Positions 10,036 through 18,317 of a stretch of 64,000 nucleotides of DNA are shown here, piece after piece (the stretch's first letter is position 1; the number at the start of each line of letters is the position of its first letter). The notes below the pieces were generated by a model. That model was not told where the DNA came from, made no database searches, and worked only from the letters and a program-made list of their open reading frames with translations. The position numbers were made by a program, and so were the translations under genes. Source of the stretch: an uncultured Bacteroidales bacterium (lineage in GTDB: Bacteria; Bacteroidota; Bacteroidia; Bacteroidales; UBA932); the NCBI GenBank assembly GCA_900320795.1, contig ONTQ01000007.1, positions 3,310-67,309 on the forward strand, read 5' to 3'.

Positions 10036-10962
10036 TTAAGATTGCATTGTGGCAAGGAGGGCATCTACTTCGGACCGGTGAGGCACACCGGTCTGGGCGC
10101 CCGGACGCGTGACGGCAATGGAAGAGGCGATGGTGGCAAAGCGGGCCGCATCGATCAGGGATTTCCCTTCGGAAAGAGCCGTCACCAAAGCCCCGTTGTA
10201 AACGTCACCTGCCCCTACGGTATCTACAGCCACTACCTTGCGGGCGGGAATCTGCTCTCGTAACGATGCGTTGCAGATGACAGAGCCGGAACTGCCCAGG
10301 GTGATAATCACATTCTGTACGCCTTGTGACAGGAGCCGGTCCGCAGCCATGAAAGCATCTTCGGCCGAGCCGATTCTGATGCCGGTCAGTTTTTCTGCCT
10401 CGGTCTCGTTGGGGGTGATGAGCCACAGTTTGCGAAGGACATCCGCGGGGATGGAATCCGAGATGGGAGCAGGGTTCAGAATGACGTGGATCCCTTTTTC
10501 AAAGGCAACGTCAACGGCATGGTAAACAGTCTGGAGAGGAATCTCCAACTGCATCAGGAGCCAGGAAGCACCGTCCAGGGCGCTCTTTGCAGCGTCAATG
10601 TCTGCCGGAAGCAACTCCCGGTTGGCACCAGGCGCCACGGCAATGCAGTTTTCACCGTCATCGGCCACGAAAATGAGCGCGGTACCGGTAGGGGAAGAGC
10701 CGCTGAATTTCATCAGTTCCGTGCGGATGCCGTCGACTGCAAAGACTTCCCGAAGCATGCGTCCCTGCATGTCATCACCTACGCAAGTAAGAAACTGAAC
10801 ATCACCGCCCAGCCTGGCGGCCGATACGGCCTGATTGGCTCCTTTTCCGCCATTGGCTTGTAAGAAGCGTCCGTCTCCAATGGTCTCCCCCGGTCGGGGA
10901 AGGGTTTTGACATAGGCAGTCATATCTATGTTGGAGCTGCCCACAACGAGGATTTTACCCAT
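10036..10962 (-). CDS. rbsK: Ribokinase
   Basis: VVGSSNID, GGKGANQA, PNETEA, DTVGAGD PfkB motifs. Confidence 0.95.
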   Translation of the reverse strand: MGKILVVGSSNIDMTAYVKTLPRPGETIGDGRFLQANGGKGANQAVSAARLGGDVQFLTCVGDDMQGRMLREVFAVDGIRTELMKFSGSSPTGTALIFVADDGENCIAVAPGANRELLPADIDAAKSALDGASWLLMQLEIPLQTVYHAVDVAFEKGIHVILNPAPISDSIPADVLRKLWLITPNETEAEKLTGIRIGSAEDAFMAADRLLSQGVQNVIITLGSSGSVICNASLREQIPARKVVAVDTVGAGDVYNGALVTALSEGKSLIDAARFATIASSIAVTRPGAQTGVPHRSEVDALLATMQS

Positions 10963-11011
10963 AGGTTATTGTTTTAGCCACATAAAGATAGTGCGGAAAA
11001 AACAAAAAACC

Positions 11012-11045
11012 AAAAAAAGCCACCTGCATTTCTGTAGGTGGCTTT
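11012..11045 (-). terminator. Intrinsic terminator, probably the displaced native tRNA-Asn terminator
   Basis: Minus strand AAAGCCACCTACA-GAAA-TGCAGGTGGCTTTTTTT, 5 nt after a duplicated tRNA 3' end. Confidence 0.8.
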
Positions 11046-11198
11046 GAGGAGCTCCCCTAAACAGTGAAATGTTGAACCTGTGGCGGGATTTCCTCCAAGT
11101 CGTCAAGTTCATTGACGAGAATCAGGAGTGGATTAATCCTTTATTAAGACACTTGAAGAGATAAAGGCCAGTCATTTGCAAATCGTACTAAAATAGCT

Positions 11199-11206
11199 TA
11201 ACTTTG
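11199..11206 (+). promoter_or_regulatory. -7 promoter box of the cargo gene
   Basis: TAACTTTG with TTTG at 11175-11178. Confidence 0.7.
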
Positions 11207-11240
11207 TTTAGATATATTGGTGGACCCAAGGCCGCATATA

Positions 11241-11705
11241 ATGAATACGATCAACTTGATAGCCAAGAAACTACTTTCTTCAGAAGGATTTCTCTTCAAA
11301 AGAGGCGCATGGTATGCCTTGTCTCCAGATTTTATCCACGTATTGTATTTTCAGAGGTCTCTTTACTCTGACCTGTATTATTTGGAATTAGCAGTCGGTT
11401 TCAACCCTGACCACCTGGATACTTTCCCAAAGGATTATGAGTTCCCAAAATATTACACACTTGGTGCACGTGCCAGAATAAAGGACAAAGACGAACTGCT
11501 CAGAGCAAGTAATCTCACCCCCGAAAATGAGTTTCAGATTCAGTCTTTATTGCTTGAAGCTATTTCTCTTTTTTCATCATTCACAACTATATCTGGCTTC
11601 AAGCAGGACTATCTGGCTAATAGGAAAACCGATAATATCTATTCATTCAAGGCGTTTTCGCTGTACCACCCGTTTTTAACCCAATTGGAGTTGGTATCAT
11701 ATTGA
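11241..11705 (+). CDS. Hypothetical protein, DUF4304-like
   Basis: AT-rich ORF with its own promoter; L...GF.......WY......I....FQRS.YS..YY pattern recalls DUF4304. Confidence 0.55.
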   Translation: MNTINLIAKKLLSSEGFLFKRGAWYALSPDFIHVLYFQRSLYSDLYYLELAVGFNPDHLDTFPKDYEFPKYYTLGARARIKDKDELLRASNLTPENEFQIQSLLLEAISLFSSFTTISGFKQDYLANRKTDNIYSFKAFSLYHPFLTQLELVSY

Positions 11706-11848
11706 ACCTCTTTCCAAGAACGAGTCCCTCTTTACATACGGCTTGAAAATCAGAGAGTTATGGAGAAAAAGAAAACGGACAAACTGCCGATTTTAGCAAT
11801 TTGTCCGCTTTGGCTCCCCCTGTTGGACTTGAACCAACGACCCTCTGA
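11698..11848 (+). pseudogene. Putative C-terminal relic of a site-specific (serine-type) recombinase reading into the antisense tRNA
   Basis: HIEPLSKNESLFTYGLK, then a +1 shift in AAAA 11746-11749, then SESYGEKENGQTADFSNLSALAPPVGLEPTTL*; resemblance to Bacteroidales recombinase tails is from memory, not from a search. Confidence 0.45.
11765..11811 (-). terminator. Element-supplied terminator right after tRNA-Asn
   Basis: CGGACAAA...TTTGTCCG stem with TTTTCTTTTT tail on the minus strand. Confidence 0.65.
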
Positions 11849-11887
11849 TTAACAGTCAGATGCTCTAACCAACTGAGCTAAGGAGGA
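11811..11887 (-). tRNA. tRNA-Asn(GTT) with encoded CCA
   Basis: TCCTCCT/AGGGGGA acceptor stem; TCTGA-CTGTTAA-TCAGA anticodon arm. Confidence 0.97.
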
Positions 11888-12030
11888 ATTTTCCGTTATT
11901 TCCGTAACGGGATTGCAAAGGTACAATCTTTTTTGGATTCTCCAAAGCTTTTATAGAATTTTTTTTAAAAGATTTATCTTACCGGATTTTTTGTATATTT
12001 GTGAATTGAACCAATTATTATACAATTAAG

Positions 12031-12813
12031 ATGGATATCGACCTCCTTGCCAAAATGGTGAAAGAAGTGGTGATGGACCATGACAGTGTCACTCTTCCCG
12101 GCGTGGGTTGTTTTGTAACAGAACTTGTTCCGGCCACGTTTGCCGACAGGGGATATACCATCATGCCGCCGTACCGTCGTCTCTATTTCACGCCCAAGCA
12201 GGGGGATGACACGTTGCTGGTGGATTTGTATGCCAAGGCCAATTCGGTCCCCAAGGCCGATGCCAACCGCATCCTCACCGATTTCCTGACAGAAATGAAG
12301 GAGGTGCTCAAGGTGAAAAAGACCATCGTCTTTCCGGGATTGGGACGTCTCCGTGCTACCCGGGAGAATCATTTTTTCTTTGTAGCCGATGAGGATCTGG
12401 ATATCTATCCGTCCGGTTTCGGCTTGGATCCCATTTCTCTCAAGACACACGAGGAAACCAAGGAAGAGGTGGAGCAGGCCGTCTCCTCCCTCGCCGAAAT
12501 GCTGGAAGCGAAGCCCGAACCGGTCGTAGAGCCCGAACCCGACCCCGCACCCGATCCCGAGCCGGTCGTAGAGCCCGAACCCGACCCCGCACCCGACCCC
12601 GAGCCGGTCGTAGAGCCCGAAACGGTCGCAGAACCGGTTGTTGAACCGAAAAAGAAGGGCAAGGCCGGTAAGCTTATTCTGCGGATTCTGCTGATTCTTC
12701 TGATTGTCCTCGCTGTTTTTGCCATTGCCCTTGCCGTGCTCGGCCGATTGGCTCCTGAGTGGCTGGATTCTTTTTTGTATTCTCCCGAAGAACTTGAAAT
12801 TCTCCATAAATAA
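12031..12813 (+). CDS. HU-like (HU-HIG) domain protein with Pro/Glu linker and C-terminal TM
   Basis: VTLPGVGCF and FPGLGRL HU-like motifs, PEP repeats, hydrophobic helix. Confidence 0.75.
   Translation: MDIDLLAKMVKEVVMDHDSVTLPGVGCFVTELVPATFADRGYTIMPPYRRLYFTPKQGDDTLLVDLYAKANSVPKADANRILTDFLTEMKEVLKVKKTIVFPGLGRLRATRENHFFFVADEDLDIYPSGFGLDPISLKTHEETKEEVEQAVSSLAEMLEAKPEPVVEPEPDPAPDPEPVVEPEPDPAPDPEPVVEPETVAEPVVEPKKKGKAGKLILRILLILLIVLAVFAIALAVLGRLAPEWLDSFLYSPEELEILHK
12514..12621 (+). repeat. 42 bp coding tandem repeat, about 2.5 copies (PVVEPEPDPAPDPE)
   Basis: CCGGTCGTAGAGCCCGAA at 12520, 12562 and 12604. Confidence 0.9.
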
Positions 12814-12845
12814 TGCTAACTTCGCGGTCCCAAAAGTAGTGCATT

Positions 12846-13592
12846 ATGAAACCTGTGAGCCGTGAAGGCTATAAGTTCCGTCAGGATGTCAGCATTCCCT
12901 GCTACCAGACCAATGACAAAACCCTTCTGAGACCGTCCGCTTTCATGGACCTGGCCCAGGAAATCGCTTATTGGGCGGCGCAGGAACTGGGTTTCGGCTA
13001 TGATACGCTCCATATCCATCATATAGCATGGGTGCTTACCCGCATGCATGTGCATTTCCAGAAACCCGTAGCCTGGAAAGACCGGGTATCCCTTTTCACC
13101 TGGCACAAGGGCGCCGGCGGCCTGTACTACCTCAGGGATTTCGATCTTCGTGACGCGGACGGGGCATGCTGCGTTGCGGCCACCAGTTCCTGGGTGGTCA
13201 TCAATGAGAAAACCCGGCATCTGGTCCGTCCGGACGAGATGGCCCATCTTCTCAAGGTGGATTATGAAGTGGATCATGCCATTGCGGAACCAGCCCCCAA
13301 AGTAGCCCTTCCGAAGGGCGCTGAACCTGAGGCTTCCGGAGCGCATACGGTGGCCTATTCGGACATCGACCTAATCGGCCATACCAACAATGCCCGCTAT
13401 GTCGTCTGGGCCATGGACTGCCTGCCTTTTGAAGAGGCGGAAAAGCCACTGCGAGACTTGTACATCAATTTTAACAAAGAAACCAAAGCCGGTGAAACGG
13501 TTGAACTTTTCCGTTTCAGGGAAGGAAGTGCCTGGTATGTGGAAGGCCGTGTGGAAGGGAAGTCCTGCTTTGTGGTAAAAATGGTATTCTAA
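12846..13592 (+). CDS. Acyl-ACP thioesterase
   Basis: AWVLTRM, ATSSWVVIN, DIDLIGHTNNARY. Confidence 0.92.
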   Translation: MKPVSREGYKFRQDVSIPCYQTNDKTLLRPSAFMDLAQEIAYWAAQELGFGYDTLHIHHIAWVLTRMHVHFQKPVAWKDRVSLFTWHKGAGGLYYLRDFDLRDADGACCVAATSSWVVINEKTRHLVRPDEMAHLLKVDYEVDHAIAEPAPKVALPKGAEPEASGAHTVAYSDIDLIGHTNNARYVVWAMDCLPFEEAEKPLRDLYINFNKETKAGETVELFRFREGSAWYVEGRVEGKSCFVVKMVF

Positions 13593-13593
13593 G

Positions 13594-15279
13594 ATGAAAG
13601 ATTTGTTTTTCGGATACGGCATCGCCCACTCCATCATGCTTCTTGCCTTTGTGATTGGGGGTGGGATATTCCTGGGCCGGTTCAAGTTCAAGGGCATTTC
13701 CCTGGGCTCCACCTGGATTCTCTTCCTGGGCATCCTGATGGGGCATCTGGGCTTTTCGGCCGATTTGGACGTCCTCCATTTCGTGAAGGAGTTCGGCCTT
13801 ATCCTCTTTGTGTTTTCCATCGGCCTGCAGGTGGGCCCCGGTTTCTTCCACTCGTTCAAGAGCGGCGGCGTGAAGATGAACCTGCTGGCCGCCATGTGCG
13901 TCTTGTTGGCCGTTGCGGTAACGTGGGCCATCTCCGTCCTGACCGGGGAAGACCTCAGCACCATGACGGGCGTCATGTCAGGCGCCGTAACCAATACGCC
14001 CGGCCTGGGTGCCGCCCAGCAAACCTATATCGACGTAGCCGTGGAAGGTGGCACCAGTACGCTGGCGGCCGGCGAGGCCTCCGAGCATCTGGCATCGGCC
14101 TATGCCGTGGCCTATCCGATGGGTGTCATCGGCGTGATTCTGGTCATCCTGCTGGGGAAGGCCTTGTTCAGGATAGATCCTCAGAAAGAACTGGAAGAAC
14201 TCAAGGCCCAGGATGATGTCGTTGACAAGGCGCGCCGCATGCATGTGGCGGTGGAGAATCCCGCCATTTTCGGCAAGAAATTGCAGGATGTCCTGAAGGA
14301 TTTCGGCGGCGATTTCGTGGTTTCCCGCGTCATGAAAGGAGAGCAGATTTCTTTCCCCGGTGCCGATACCGTCCTGGAGGAAGGGGATAAACTGCTGGTT
14401 GTCACTTCGCAGCATGAGGTGGACAAAATCCGTATCCTCTTCGGAGAGGAAGTGCCCATGCACCAGACAGACTGGATGGAAAAAGACCACCACATGGTAA
14501 CCCGCCGTATCGTGGTCACGAAGAGCGACCTGACCGGCAAGAAACTCAAGGAACTGGCATTCCGCAGTGCCTTCGGCGTTAGCGTGACGCGCGTCATCCG
14601 CGCCGGTGTGGAACTGGTGGCCAGCCCCAACCTGTATATCCAGATGGGGGACGGCCTCATGTGCGTGGGCACGGAGAAGAATATCGAGAATCTGGCCAGG
14701 AGGGTGGGCAATTCCAACGACGCCCTGAACAAGCCCAATCTGGTTCCCATTTTCCTGGGCATCGTGGTGGGTATCATCTTCGGCTCCATTCCCATCCGCT
14801 TCCCCGGCATTCCCCAGGCTATCAAACTGGGCCTTGCCGGCGGTCCGCTCATCATCGCCATCCTGCTGGGCCACTTCGGCCCCAAATACAAGATAACCAC
14901 CTACACCACCACCAGTGCCAATCTGATGCTCCGGGAAATCGGCATTTCCCTTTTCCTTGCGGCCGTGGGTATCGGCGCCGGTGACAATTTCTGGAGTTCC
15001 ATCGTAAACGGCGGTTATTGGTGGATTCTGTACGGAACGCTCATCACGCTCATTCCGGTGGGTGTCACTTTCATCGTGGCCCGTGCCCTCTGTCACCTCA
15101 ATTTCTATCAAATCTGCGGTCTTATCAGCGGCTCTTGCACCAATCCTCCTGTGCTGGCATTTGCCCAGGGTATGTACGGAAGCGATTACACTTCTGTCAA
15201 TTACGCTACCGTCTATCCGCTGTCCATGTTCCTGCGGGTGCTGGTTGCGCAACTTCTGATCCTGATAGCCATGGCGTAG
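13594..15279 (+). CDS. AspT/YidE/YbjL family transporter with TrkA-C domains
   Basis: GLQVGPGFF, GAVTNTPGLGAA, LGLAGGPL, YATVYPL. Confidence 0.93.
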   Translation: MKDLFFGYGIAHSIMLLAFVIGGGIFLGRFKFKGISLGSTWILFLGILMGHLGFSADLDVLHFVKEFGLILFVFSIGLQVGPGFFHSFKSGGVKMNLLAAMCVLLAVAVTWAISVLTGEDLSTMTGVMSGAVTNTPGLGAAQQTYIDVAVEGGTSTLAAGEASEHLASAYAVAYPMGVIGVILVILLGKALFRIDPQKELEELKAQDDVVDKARRMHVAVENPAIFGKKLQDVLKDFGGDFVVSRVMKGEQISFPGADTVLEEGDKLLVVTSQHEVDKIRILFGEEVPMHQTDWMEKDHHMVTRRIVVTKSDLTGKKLKELAFRSAFGVSVTRVIRAGVELVASPNLYIQMGDGLMCVGTEKNIENLARRVGNSNDALNKPNLVPIFLGIVVGIIFGSIPIRFPGIPQAIKLGLAGGPLIIAILLGHFGPKYKITTYTTTSANLMLREIGISLFLAAVGIGAGDNFWSSIVNGGYWWILYGTLITLIPVGVTFIVARALCHLNFYQICGLISGSCTNPPVLAFAQGMYGSDYTSVNYATVYPLSMFLRVLVAQLLILIAMA

Positions 15280-15283
15280 CGTT

Positions 15284-15874
15284 ATGATGGATTTGTTATA
15301 CCCGGCAGAGCCCGCACCGCTTTATCCCCGTCCTTCCATTCAGAGGCCCGGCAAACAGCCTGTCCCGAAGGGGGAGAAGGTTCCGTTGGTGGAACCCTCC
15401 GGTCTGGTGTATGGCCAGGCCACGCGGGAGTGGTGCCACGGCGGTTCCAAGGCTTTGCATCCCGTAGTCCATCTGCACATCATAGACCGTTTTGGCCGGA
15501 TTTATCTGCAGAAACGCTCCCTTACCAAAGATTTCCTGCCGGGATACTGGGATACGGCTGTCGGAGGCCACATCACTTATGGAGAGCAGGCCGAGGAGGC
15601 CCTCTATCGGGAGGCGGCCGAGGAACTGGGCATTCAGGCTTTCAACGCGATTCCCATCGAGTCCTACATCTATGAGACGGACCGGGAGCGCGAGCTCATC
15701 TTTGTCTATGCCATGATTGGCCATCCCAACCTGGATCCGGACAACGGCGAGGTATCCGAAGGGAAGTGGTGGAGCGTGGAAGAATTGGAATCGGCCTGGG
15801 AAAAAGACATCCTCACACCCAACCTCCGTTCTGAATTCCTTCGCGTCAAGGACAGATTGCTCTCCCTTCTGTAG
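15284..15874 (+). CDS. NUDIX hydrolase (IDI-like)
   Basis: LQKRS..KD..PG.WD..VGGH and GE....AL.REAAEELG Nudix box. Confidence 0.9.
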   Translation: MMDLLYPAEPAPLYPRPSIQRPGKQPVPKGEKVPLVEPSGLVYGQATREWCHGGSKALHPVVHLHIIDRFGRIYLQKRSLTKDFLPGYWDTAVGGHITYGEQAEEALYREAAEELGIQAFNAIPIESYIYETDRERELIFVYAMIGHPNLDPDNGEVSEGKWWSVEELESAWEKDILTPNLRSEFLRVKDRLLSLL

Positions 15875-15909
15875 GATTTTCCCCCAAAAAGCCGTACCTT
15901 TACAAGGTT

Positions 15910-17463
15910 ATGGCGACAGATATCGACAAATTCGTGCACGACCAGTTGTCGGTGTGGCCGGCTGTGGCTGCCAAGTACCGAGTTCTCAAAAGCGCCCGGA
16001 CGCGTACGCTTCCCATCGGCGGCATCCTGGTTACGCTGCAATCCAATCCCGGCCGCTTGCCCATTTTCGACCACGGCTGCCCGCTCTGTGAAGAGAATTA
16101 CATGGAGCATCAGCATGCCTTGCCTTTCGAGGGACGAAAGGGGCGCAAATACAACATTCTGGTGAACCGGGCCCCTATTTTCCCCAATCATCTGGTCATT
16201 ACGCGTGATATCCATACCCCGCAGACCATCTGGCATCGTTTCCCGGATATGCTGGACCTGGCTGCCCAACTGGACAACTATATCATCTTCTATAACAGTC
16301 CCAACAGCGGGACGTCGGTTCCCCAGCATGCTCATTTCCAGGCCTGTCCCAAGGGATATATGCCGTTGGAACGGGTAACCGAGCGGCTCCTCAGGACGGT
16401 CGCGGCCGGCACGGTTCCCGAAGACCTGGCCTTCATTGACAGCGTCCGGGATGCACAGTTGTATCATTACAAGCGCTTTAACCGGGGCATTTTCATGCTC
16501 CGGGCGCAGACTTCCAAGTCCATGGCCAAGCTCTTCTACCGCCTTCTGGACTGCCTGAACCTGCTGGCCGAAGAGACCGAACCGCGTTTCAATGCCTTTG
16601 CCTATTGCAGCGAAGGGGAATTCCGGGCTTTGGTGACGCTCCGCAGCGCTTCCCGCCCGCATTGTTTTTATGCGGAAGGGGAGAATCATTTCTCCATTAC
16701 CCCCGGTGCGGCCGATATGGCCGGATTCGTGGTGGTCCCGGAAGAAGGGGACTTCGACCGCCTGGATGCAGCCGCCTTGAAGGGAATCTACGAAGATGTC
16801 ACCCTGTCGGAAACGGAGGAAGAGCGGCTTCTTTGGCGTCTTGTCCGCACCCAGCCCAAGGTGGAGGTCGGCATTTGCGCCGCGCAGGAACTCGTTTTCG
16901 AGATTATCTCTGACGGCGCCGGCCCCCAGAAGGTGAGTTATCGGGAAGGAAAGATTGACTACAACGGCGCCCTGTACGACGAACTGGTTTTCGAGGCTGT
17001 CACCATCTCCACCCTTTTTGCCGAGCCGTCCTTCATCCTGTACGGGGAAGAGGGCGTCCGTCGCTATGCCGGTACGCTGAAGTTCATGGCCGACAGGGGG
17101 AAGGTGGAGGCCGTCAACATCCTGGGCGTGGAAGATTACCTTCTGAGCGTGGTCTCCCTCCTGCCGGAAGGGCGTCGCAGGGAAGAGTCCGTCGCCCTCC
17201 GCCGTTCCCTGGCGGAGCAGATGGCCCGGCGCCGGGAAGGACACACGCACATCTCCGGCCCGGAACTTGTTAATACCCCGGAAGTGATTACCTGGCTGGA
17301 ACATCGGCCCCGGGAAGGGCAGCCCGCCCCTGGCGCAGGCCCGGTCCACACCCATTACGATGTCTGCGCATCGGAGCACTGCCATCGTTATGAAGGGCTT
17401 ACGCCTGCGGCCGATGCCGGCGTGCGTTCCATCATCGACGAAACCTGGGGACAGACAGAATAA
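15910..17463 (+). CDS. DUF4922 (HIT-like) fused to a truncated SpoIID/LytB-like region
   Basis: CPLC, ILVN..PIF..HL, HAHFQA; C-terminal AVNILGVEDYL and YDVCASEHCHRYEG. Confidence 0.75.
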   Translation: MATDIDKFVHDQLSVWPAVAAKYRVLKSARTRTLPIGGILVTLQSNPGRLPIFDHGCPLCEENYMEHQHALPFEGRKGRKYNILVNRAPIFPNHLVITRDIHTPQTIWHRFPDMLDLAAQLDNYIIFYNSPNSGTSVPQHAHFQACPKGYMPLERVTERLLRTVAAGTVPEDLAFIDSVRDAQLYHYKRFNRGIFMLRAQTSKSMAKLFYRLLDCLNLLAEETEPRFNAFAYCSEGEFRALVTLRSASRPHCFYAEGENHFSITPGAADMAGFVVVPEEGDFDRLDAAALKGIYEDVTLSETEEERLLWRLVRTQPKVEVGICAAQELVFEIISDGAGPQKVSYREGKIDYNGALYDELVFEAVTISTLFAEPSFILYGEEGVRRYAGTLKFMADRGKVEAVNILGVEDYLLSVVSLLPEGRRREESVALRRSLAEQMARRREGHTHISGPELVNTPEVITWLEHRPREGQPAPGAGPVHTHYDVCASEHCHRYEGLTPAADAGVRSIIDETWGQTE

Positions 17464-17470
17464 GAAAGAC

Positions 17471-18232
17471 ATGGCTACTATCGGCATATTCGATTCCGGC
17501 TGCGGAGGCCTTTCGGTCTATCGGGAACTGGTAAAGGTGCTCCCGAAAGAGCAGTATCACTATTATTCCGACAATGCCCACTGCCCATATGGGGAGAAAT
17601 CGGCCCTGTACATCCAGCGGCGCGGACGCTTCATAACGGAGTTTCTCCTGGACAAAGGGGCCGATATCATCGTGGTGGCCTGCAATACCGCTACGGCCGC
17701 CGCCATCGCCACCCTCCGGGCAGCGTATCCGGATGTCCCCTTCGTGGGCATGGAGCCGGCCGTGAAACCGGCAGCCCTCGGAACCCGCAGCGGCGTTGTC
17801 GGCGTCCTGGCTACGGCCGGCACCCTGAAGGGTTCCAAGTATCTCAATACCAGAGGCTTGTATGAAGACGAAGTCATCATTGCAGAGCATGTGGGACAGG
17901 GATTCGTGGAACTGGTGGAGGCCGGAAAGCTGGATGGTCCGGAGGTAGAGGCCACGGTGCGGGCTTCCCTCCAGCCGCTGCTGGATGCGGGGGCCGATAC
18001 CATCGTCCTGGGCTGTACGCACTATCCGTTCCTGCAGCCGGTGATCGAGCGCCTGGCCGGCCCTTCCGTGCGGGTAATCGACCCCGCCCCTGCCGTGGCC
18101 CGGCAAACCCTCCATGTGCTGGAACAGCGCGGCGTTCCCATCGGCAAGGGCCCTTTCTCCGTGAAACTCTGTTCTTCCGGAGACCCCGCCGCCCTTCAGC
18201 GTATTTTTGCCCTGGTTGCCGGTGGCAAGTAA
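17471..18232 (+). CDS. murI: Glutamate racemase
   Basis: IGIFDSG.GGLSV, PYG, VACNTA, LGCTHYP. Confidence 0.97.
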   Translation: MATIGIFDSGCGGLSVYRELVKVLPKEQYHYYSDNAHCPYGEKSALYIQRRGRFITEFLLDKGADIIVVACNTATAAAIATLRAAYPDVPFVGMEPAVKPAALGTRSGVVGVLATAGTLKGSKYLNTRGLYEDEVIIAEHVGQGFVELVEAGKLDGPEVEATVRASLQPLLDAGADTIVLGCTHYPFLQPVIERLAGPSVRVIDPAPAVARQTLHVLEQRGVPIGKGPFSVKLCSSGDPAALQRIFALVAGGK

Positions 18233-18264
18233 GCGGCTGAATGTCAGTCGTTTATAATGTAGTT

Positions 18265-18285
18265 CTCGTTCAAATTTTGAACGAG
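18265..18285. repeat. Intergenic palindrome
   Basis: CTCGTTCAAA-T-TTTGAACGAG. Confidence 0.8.
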
Positions 18286-18317
18286 GAATGTATTGAAACC
18301 AATTGATTTACAATAAG

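Larger units (their letters stand above)
11051..11819. mobile_element. Miniature integrative element or remnant at the tRNA-Asn 3' end
   Basis: GCTCCCC direct repeat at 11051-11057 and 11813-11819; AT-rich interior; terminators at both ends; one cargo ORF. Confidence 0.7.
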
